Shown here piece by piece: positions 58,634-64,000 of a stretch of DNA of 64,000 nt. The stretch spans positions 1,534 through 65,533 of the forward strand of contig DASYUC010000145.1 of assembly GCA_036001645.1 (NCBI GenBank), written 5' to 3'. Made by a program: the position numbers and the translations under genes. Positions within the stretch are counted from its first letter, which is position 1. Every line of letters begins with the position of its first letter. The notes under the pieces are model-generated. The model was not told the origin of the DNA. It searched no databases and saw only the letters and a program-made list of their open reading frames with translations. This DNA comes from Candidatus Limnocylindria bacterium (GTDB taxonomy: Bacteria; Chloroflexota; Limnocylindria; P2-11E).

Positions 58634-59130
58634 CTCGACCCCTGCCCCGGCGGGTCGTCGGGAAGCGACTGGATGAACTCCTTGAACACCGAGATGTTCT
58701 CGTCGTCCTCGCTCTCCGCGGAGATCGCCGAGCGGTCGAGCACCGTGTCGGACACGAGGATGCGCGCTTCGCAGCGCACGGCCAGCGCGATCGCGTCAGA
58801 GGGACGGCAGTCGATCTCGACCTCGCGCTCGCCGAGCTGCAGGAACAGGCTTCCGTGGAAGACGCCGCCTCCGTTGTCGTCGGCGACGAGATCCTTCACG
58901 ACGATGCGCGTGATCTCGACACCGAGCTTCGTGAGCACATCCATCATCAGATCGTGGGTGAGCGGACGCTCGCTCGCGATGCCGGCGATCCGCGTGGCGA
59001 TGCTGTGGGCCTGGTCGGGGCCGATCCAGATCGGGAGGAGACGATTGGTCTCCTTGGCCTGGAGCAGGACAACGTGCTGACCGGTGAGGACGTGCACCCG
59101 CACCGACTCGACCGTGCATGGGACGAGCAT
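58630..59130 (-). CDS. Bifunctional nuclease (BFN/DUF151) family protein
   Basis: LLPIWIGPDQAHSIA...RPLTHDLM is a typical BFN motif. Confidence 0.8.
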   Translation of the reverse strand: MLVPCTVESVRVHVLTGQHVVLLQAKETNRLLPIWIGPDQAHSIATRIAGIASERPLTHDLMMDVLTKLGVEITRIVVKDLVADDNGGGVFHGSLFLQLGEREVEIDCRPSDAIALAVRCEARILVSDTVLDRSAISAESEDDENISVFKEFIQSLPDDPPGQGSS

Positions 59131-59175
59131 CGCCCTAGGCTAACGCCACTGGCGCCGCGGTCGCCTGTGTCTGCG

Positions 59176-59874
59176 TCATCCGAAGCGCGCCCGCCGCGTC
59201 GCATCGGCCCGCCGGAAGAACACCAGGAGCAGCAGTCCGGCCGCGAAGCCCGCGAGGTGCGCGAAGTACGCGATGTTCTGTGACGCCGCGTGGCCGGAGA
59301 TGCGCAGCTCGGCGACGCCCTCGAGGATCTGGAGCACGATGAACATTCCGATGACGATGAGCGCGGGGACCTCGACGATGGTGATGAACAGCCCGAGGAA
59401 GACCAGCGTCGAGACGCGTGCCGTCGGGAACATGACGAGATAGGCGGCGAGCACGCCCGCGATCGCGCCGGACGCGCCGACCATGGGTGAGGGCGAGATG
59501 AGTCCCTGCCCGATCGCGGCGACGATGCCGCAGAGCAGATAGAAGACCAGGTACTGCGCGCTACCGAGACGGTCCTCGACGTTGTCTCCGAAGATCCAGA
59601 GATAGAGCATGTTGCCGAGCACGTGCAGCCAACCGCCGTGCAGGAACATGTGGGACACGAGCGGCACGAACGTGTCGAACCCCAGATCCCCCGACGCGAT
59701 GCGCCGCGTGAACTCCAGCCAGTCGAACGAGTACCGGTCGAAGAACGCCTCGAGCGCTCCGGGCTGGCGCGTCAGATACACGACGTAGAGCCAGGCCACC
59801 AGGTTCACCGCCAGCAGGAGGCGATTGACGATCGGCACGCTGCGTACGGGATTCGCATCCCGCAGCGGGATCAA
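59176..59874 (-). CDS. Rhomboid-family intramembrane serine protease
   Basis: HMFLHGGWLHVLGNMLYLWIFG and the catalytic GASGAI; His in FAHLAGF. Confidence 0.9.
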   Translation of the reverse strand: MIPLRDANPVRSVPIVNRLLLAVNLVAWLYVVYLTRQPGALEAFFDRYSFDWLEFTRRIASGDLGFDTFVPLVSHMFLHGGWLHVLGNMLYLWIFGDNVEDRLGSAQYLVFYLLCGIVAAIGQGLISPSPMVGASGAIAGVLAAYLVMFPTARVSTLVFLGLFITIVEVPALIVIGMFIVLQILEGVAELRISGHAASQNIAYFAHLAGFAAGLLLLVFFRRADATRRARFG

Positions 59875-61943
59875 CGCACGATGCTCGTCGCCACGATCTT
59901 CGTTCCGTGAATGGTGTAAGCGACCTGCAGCGACTCCGACACGTAGAAGCTCGCGGCCGGCGCCAGGCCCGGCGGGAGCGCGAACCGCGCGAGCTCGCGG
60001 CCCTCGCGTGTGAGCTGGACGATGATCCTGCCGCCGGAGTCGAGCACGTAGATCGAGCGCTGCGCGTCGATGGCCTGGATCGCGTTCGCGCGCGGGGCGG
60101 TCCCCTCCCAGCGAGGCACGAAGTCGATCCGCGCGGCCGTCGCCACGAGCACATTGCGGCGGAAGCGCTGGACGTCACCGGCCGAGGTCACGATCCAGAC
60201 GTCCCCGTCGACGGCGAGCGCCCGCGCGGTGTTGGGCGCGAGCGGCGTGGAGAGGTACGGGGTCGCCGGGCCGAAGTGGGCGCCGTCGCTCGACTCGTGC
60301 TTCCACAGCTGTCCGGTCTCGCTGTCGAGGACGTAGAGGTTGCCCGTGAAGACCGCGAGCGCCGCGGGCGTCTTCCACTTGTCGCGGTCGTCCGGCGTGA
60401 CGTCAACGACCTCGTTGCCCTCGGCCAGCCATAGCTTGCCTGCGTCGTCGAGCGAATAGACCACGAAGTCCTGGATCGCGATCTGCACCGGCGACCCCAC
60501 GCCGCGCACGCCGCGCTCGAGCACCGGCCCCTGCTGGATCGGATCGCCGAACACGCGCCAGAGCTTCCCCGCGCCCGGGTCCGTGACATATAGGCCGTTC
60601 ACGTTCCCCACCAGCTGCGCGAGCTTTGTCCCCGTCCCGAAGCGCGCGAGGTCGAGGATGACGCCGTCCAGGCGGTCGGCGAGGGCACTGATGTCCGCGC
60701 GGAGTGCGGAGAGGTGCTCTTTGTCGGCGAAGGGCGAGCGTGTGGCCTCGTCGATCTTTTCGGTCGCGCTCGCGAGCCTGTCGCGCGCCCCATCGGGGTC
60801 GGGCGGCTTGCGGTCGGCCAGACGGTGCGCCGACGCGATGAAGTCCTCCGCGTTCACGACGGCGAGCTTGTACTCCCGGCCGGCGCGGGTCGACTCGTAG
60901 TCGCGATAGGCGAGCGCACCGACGCCGGTGGCCGCGACGAGGAGCAACACCGCGAGCGTCGTCATCGCCCGGCGCTGACGGCGCGAGCGGGACCGCGCGG
61001 TATCGGGGTGTCGCGGCAGCGGCGCGCCGCCCCGCCGCGGCATGAGCTCGAGGCCGACCGCGACGCTCTTCGTCGCGGCCGACGCGACGGGCGTCGTCGC
61101 CCCACGCACGAGTCGCATCACGCTGTCGCGGACACGTGTAAGACCGTCGAGGCGCGACCGGATGCTGTCGGCCATCGCGATCTCGGAGGGCCGCACGATC
61201 GGCGGTGGCTCCGGCGCGACACGCACCGGCGCGCCCGTGGACTGCGACACCTCGATGAAGATGACCGCGTCGCTGCCGGTGACGCCGTCGGCGATCGCGC
61301 GATTGTGGATGTGCGCGGCGGCCGACCTGGGGTGCAGCGTCACCGCCGCGTTCTTCAGCGTCTCCGCCCCGAGTCCGTCGACGAGCGCGGCGCTCGCGAG
61401 GATGACCGTGTCGCCCGCTTCGATCGACTGCCGCCACACCTTCGGCAGCACGTCGGCGTCCGCACCCAGTGATGCGGCCTCACGTGTCGTCGTCCGATGG
61501 ACGAAGTCGGCAAGCTCGCCGGGCTCGTCACCCGGAAGGAAGAGCCGGGCACGGCGGACGAGAAAGACCTGCGCGCCGCCGACCCGCGATGTGTAGAGCT
61601 CGTTGTTCACGACGACGGCGCACGCGCACTGCAGCGTGATGGACCCGCGATGCTCGCGCAGCCGCTGGGCCGCGCGCCGGTTCGCCTGTCGCAGCGCGCG
61701 CCGCAGCGAGACTTCGATCCCCGCGGAAAGGTCGTAGTAGTACTCCTGGCGGGCGAGCTCGGCGATCTCCTTCGCGATCTTCTCGGCGGGGTCCTGCGGC
61801 GAGGCCTCGATCAATAGATAGAGCCGTCCCTTCGTGCGAAGGGTCGCGCCGGTATCCGGCTCGCTCACGAGGATCACGTCGGCGCGGCTTGCTCGCACGT
61901 CCGCCGTGCTACCGACCGTCGTGACGAAGCTCAGCTGCGGCAT
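59871..61943 (-). CDS. Hypothetical membrane protein: N-terminal PP2C-like fold, TM, C-terminal beta-propeller-like repeats
   Basis: 690-aa ORF whose stop overlaps the rhomboid start (ATGA). The domain calls rest only on weak pattern resemblance. Confidence 0.45.
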   Translation of the reverse strand: MPQLSFVTTVGSTADVRASRADVILVSEPDTGATLRTKGRLYLLIEASPQDPAEKIAKEIAELARQEYYYDLSAGIEVSLRRALRQANRRAAQRLREHRGSITLQCACAVVVNNELYTSRVGGAQVFLVRRARLFLPGDEPGELADFVHRTTTREAASLGADADVLPKVWRQSIEAGDTVILASAALVDGLGAETLKNAAVTLHPRSAAAHIHNRAIADGVTGSDAVIFIEVSQSTGAPVRVAPEPPPIVRPSEIAMADSIRSRLDGLTRVRDSVMRLVRGATTPVASAATKSVAVGLELMPRRGGAPLPRHPDTARSRSRRQRRAMTTLAVLLLVAATGVGALAYRDYESTRAGREYKLAVVNAEDFIASAHRLADRKPPDPDGARDRLASATEKIDEATRSPFADKEHLSALRADISALADRLDGVILDLARFGTGTKLAQLVGNVNGLYVTDPGAGKLWRVFGDPIQQGPVLERGVRGVGSPVQIAIQDFVVYSLDDAGKLWLAEGNEVVDVTPDDRDKWKTPAALAVFTGNLYVLDSETGQLWKHESSDGAHFGPATPYLSTPLAPNTARALAVDGDVWIVTSAGDVQRFRRNVLVATAARIDFVPRWEGTAPRANAIQAIDAQRSIYVLDSGGRIIVQLTREGRELARFALPPGLAPAASFYVSESLQVAYTIHGTKIVATSIVR

Positions 61944-61971
61944 CGTCCGCGAGTGTCCCAGACCCAGAGAT

Positions 61972-62265
61972 TCACGGCGCGGGAACGCAGCGCAGACGTG
62001 CGATGCGGCTCGCGGGCGCCCGGTCCGCGAGGGCGTTCAGGAGGTCACGTTCGCGCAGGCGGATCTCTCCAGCCCACTGAGCGGTCGGCACCAGCACGAC
62101 GAGGGTGTCGCCGTCGGTGCGGACCGCGCGCGTCGTCACCGCATCCGCGCCGAGGACCAGCGTCGCGGCCGCATGCCACTCGCGCACCGCGTCCGCGCGC
62201 GCGACGCCCTGGTCGATCCCCAGCGTCCGCAGCGCGCGCTGGACCGCGCGCGCGATCGGCCTCAT
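61972..62265 (-). CDS. DUF721 (DciA-like) protein
   Basis: Small basic protein immediately after recF (ATGA overlap), the canonical DUF721 position. It has a W..(V/I)..T..V.....L.V motif pattern. Confidence 0.6.
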   Translation of the reverse strand: MRPIARAVQRALRTLGIDQGVARADAVREWHAAATLVLGADAVTTRAVRTDGDTLVVLVPTAQWAGEIRLRERDLLNALADRAPASRIARLRCVPAP

Positions 62266-63377
62266 CCGACCTCGCCGCGGCGCACCGGCACCACTGTCGC
62301 GCGCTCGCGGAGCACGTCCGGCAGCGCCGTGGCGATCGCCGCCGTCAGCAGCGTTTGCGCATCCTCGGGGATGGCGCGCGCCAGCGCCTCACGCCGCGCG
62401 GGATCGAGCTCCGACAGCACGTCGTCAAGCAGGAAGACCGGCTGCTCCCCGACGCGTGACGCGAGCCACGCCGCCTCCGCGATCTTGAGGGAGAGCACGG
62501 CGCTGCGGTGCTCACCGCGCGACGCGAACGCCGGCAACATCCGGCCGGCGGCCGTCACGACCAGGTCGTCGCGCTGCGGACCGACGAGCGACGAGCCCTG
62601 CCAGCGCTCGCGGTCGCGCTTCTCGCGCAGCACGACCTGATAAGCGCTTGCGCGCTCCTCGACCGACGTTCCCGCCACCTGTCCGGCGTACGCGAGCACC
62701 AGGCCCTCGGCGCCGGTGAAGAGCTCGGTCGCGCTGACGAACGGCGCGGACAGCTCGGCCACGAGCCCCGAGCGCCGGAACGAGATCGCAGCTGAGAGAC
62801 GAACGAGCTCTCGGTCCCAGAACGCCATCTCCTCCTCGGGCAGCTCGAGCTCGTCCCGCGCGACGCGCAGGAGCGCGTTGCGCTGCTCGAGAACGCGCTG
62901 GAGCTCGCGCATCTCGCGCCGATGCGCGCGGTCGATCTGACCCAGCATCGCGTCGAGGAAGCGGCGACGCGCGCTCGGCGCGGCTCCGAGCAGCTCGACG
63001 TCCTCCGGAAAGAACGCGACGACGACGAGCTCGCCGACGGTGTCTTCCGGGCGCTTCCCCGCCCCGTCCAGCATGTAGCGGCGCGGCCGGCGGCGCTCGC
63101 CTTCAGGGGGCGCGAACAGCAGCGTCTCGATGCGGCGGTGACCCTCGGCGCGATCGACCTCGGTGCGCACGCGTGCGGTCGTCGCCCCCCAGCGGACCAT
63201 CTCGGTGTCGTCGCGAGCGCGCGGCGAATCGCCGCGCGCGATGAGATGGACGGCCTCGAGGAGATTGGTCTTGCCCGCGCCGTTCGGTCCGATGAAAGCG
63301 GTCGCGCCGCGCGCGAGCGGCAGCTCGACCTGCGCGTAACTGCGAAAATCCTCGAGTTCCAGCGCGGACACGCGCAC
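62262..63377 (-). CDS. recF: DNA replication and repair protein RecF
   Basis: FIGPNGAGKTNLLEA Walker A, signature and Walker B LLDDVLSELD. Confidence 0.9.
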   Translation of the reverse strand: MRVSALELEDFRSYAQVELPLARGATAFIGPNGAGKTNLLEAVHLIARGDSPRARDDTEMVRWGATTARVRTEVDRAEGHRRIETLLFAPPEGERRRPRRYMLDGAGKRPEDTVGELVVVAFFPEDVELLGAAPSARRRFLDAMLGQIDRAHRREMRELQRVLEQRNALLRVARDELELPEEEMAFWDRELVRLSAAISFRRSGLVAELSAPFVSATELFTGAEGLVLAYAGQVAGTSVEERASAYQVVLREKRDRERWQGSSLVGPQRDDLVVTAAGRMLPAFASRGEHRSAVLSLKIAEAAWLASRVGEQPVFLLDDVLSELDPARREALARAIPEDAQTLLTAAIATALPDVLRERATVVPVRRGEVG

Positions 63378-63380
63378 GTG

Positions 63381-64000
63381 CTAGGCCGGGATGCGGAGCG
63401 GCATCACCACATGAAGGTAATCCGAGTCGCCGACGATCCTGATGACGCCGGGCGCGAGCGGACCACCCAGCTCCAGCGCGACCTCGGGTGCCGTCAGGCT
63501 GCCGAGCGCATCGGCGATGAACCGCGAGTTGAAGGCGATGGTCGTGTTCTGCCCCTCTACTGTCGCGTCCACCTTCGCCGTCTGGTCGCCGACCTCGGCC
63601 GCGTTCGCGCTGATGATCAGCGGGGGATGGTCGGAGGGATTCACCTGGAAGCGCAGCATGTTCGCCGAGTCTCGCGCGAACAGCGACGCGAGCCGCGTCG
63701 CCTGAAGGAGCTCTTCTCGCTGCACGACGATCTTCGTCGCCGCCTTCCCCTGTGGGATGACCTGGCGATAATTCGGGAACTGCCCCTCGATGACACGTGA
63801 GACGAGGTCGGCCTCCGGGGTGTGGAAGATCACCTGGCTGCCATTCGGCGTCACGAAGATATCGACCGGGTCGTCGCTGTCATCGATGATGCGTTGCACT
63901 TCCAGCAGGCTGCGCGCGGGAATGATGACCTCGAGCTTCCCTTCGACCTTGTCCATGAGCTTCGCGTTGCGGACAGACAGACGGTAGGGGTCGGCCGCGG
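63381..64000 (-). CDS. dnaN: DNA polymerase III beta sliding clamp, C-terminal part (gene runs off the window)
   Basis: Domain II/III-like sequence ending in the typical YLHVVMPLRI tail. The reading frame stays open to the window edge. Confidence 0.85.
   Translation of the reverse strand, partial: AADPYRLSVRNAKLMDKVEGKLEVIIPARSLLEVQRIIDDSDDPVDIFVTPNGSQVIFHTPEADLVSRVIEGQFPNYRQVIPQGKAATKIVVQREELLQATRLASLFARDSANMLRFQVNPSDHPPLIISANAAEVGDQTAKVDATVEGQNTTIAFNSRFIADALGSLTAPEVALELGGPLAPGVIRIVGDSDYLHVVMPLRIPA

Overview
High-GC bacterial chromosomal segment, densely coding on both strands, with no plasmid or prophage hallmarks. I support about 68 protein genes, one tRNA-Arg(CCG) and one intact IS481-family insertion sequence. 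Many high-GC alternate-frame ORFs in the track are artefacts. The right edge carries dnaN (partial)-recF-DUF721, so the window lies beside the replication-origin region. Recognisable modules: a tandem pair of large LuxR regulators; darA-tmk-R3H ATPase; pdxS/pdxT; two GT4 glycosyltransferases split by the IS; divergent arsM/arsR; holB-PSP1; class A PBP; tatC, rarA; a CsoR-type repressor; an actinobacterial-style phosphatidylinositol/PIM lipid cluster (PIP synthase, ino1, two acyltransferases, PHP phosphoesterase, pimA-like GT4); a peptide-type ABC importer without ATPases; CoA-transferase/crotonase; LemA-HtpX; tkt plus gnd-zwf-opcA; a PASTA Ser/Thr kinase plus PP2C; three GT-C glycosyltransferase modules with a polyprenol-phosphate sugar synthase; and rhomboid plus bifunctional nuclease. 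Most noteworthy are four things. (1) A LuxR / MauE-like / Tat-signal precursor / small membrane protein operon. The 273-aa precursor ends in a 12-Cys hydrophobic tail, and its architecture parallels the archaeal halocin C8 precursor. (2) A family of about 100-nt GC-rich palindromic intergenic repeats, with two full copies in opposite orientation whose arms differ yet stay perfectly complementary, plus degenerate remnants; one copy abuts the zwf start codon. (3) A PHP phosphoesterase embedded in the PI/PIM operon, a candidate for the unassigned PIP phosphatase step. (4) A 1212-aa double GT-C fusion with a beta-propeller-like insertion. Taxonomy cannot be fixed from the sequence alone; gene content suggests a deep-branching Actinobacteria- or Chloroflexi-like Terrabacterium. 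All homology calls come from motif recognition by eye, since no searches were run.
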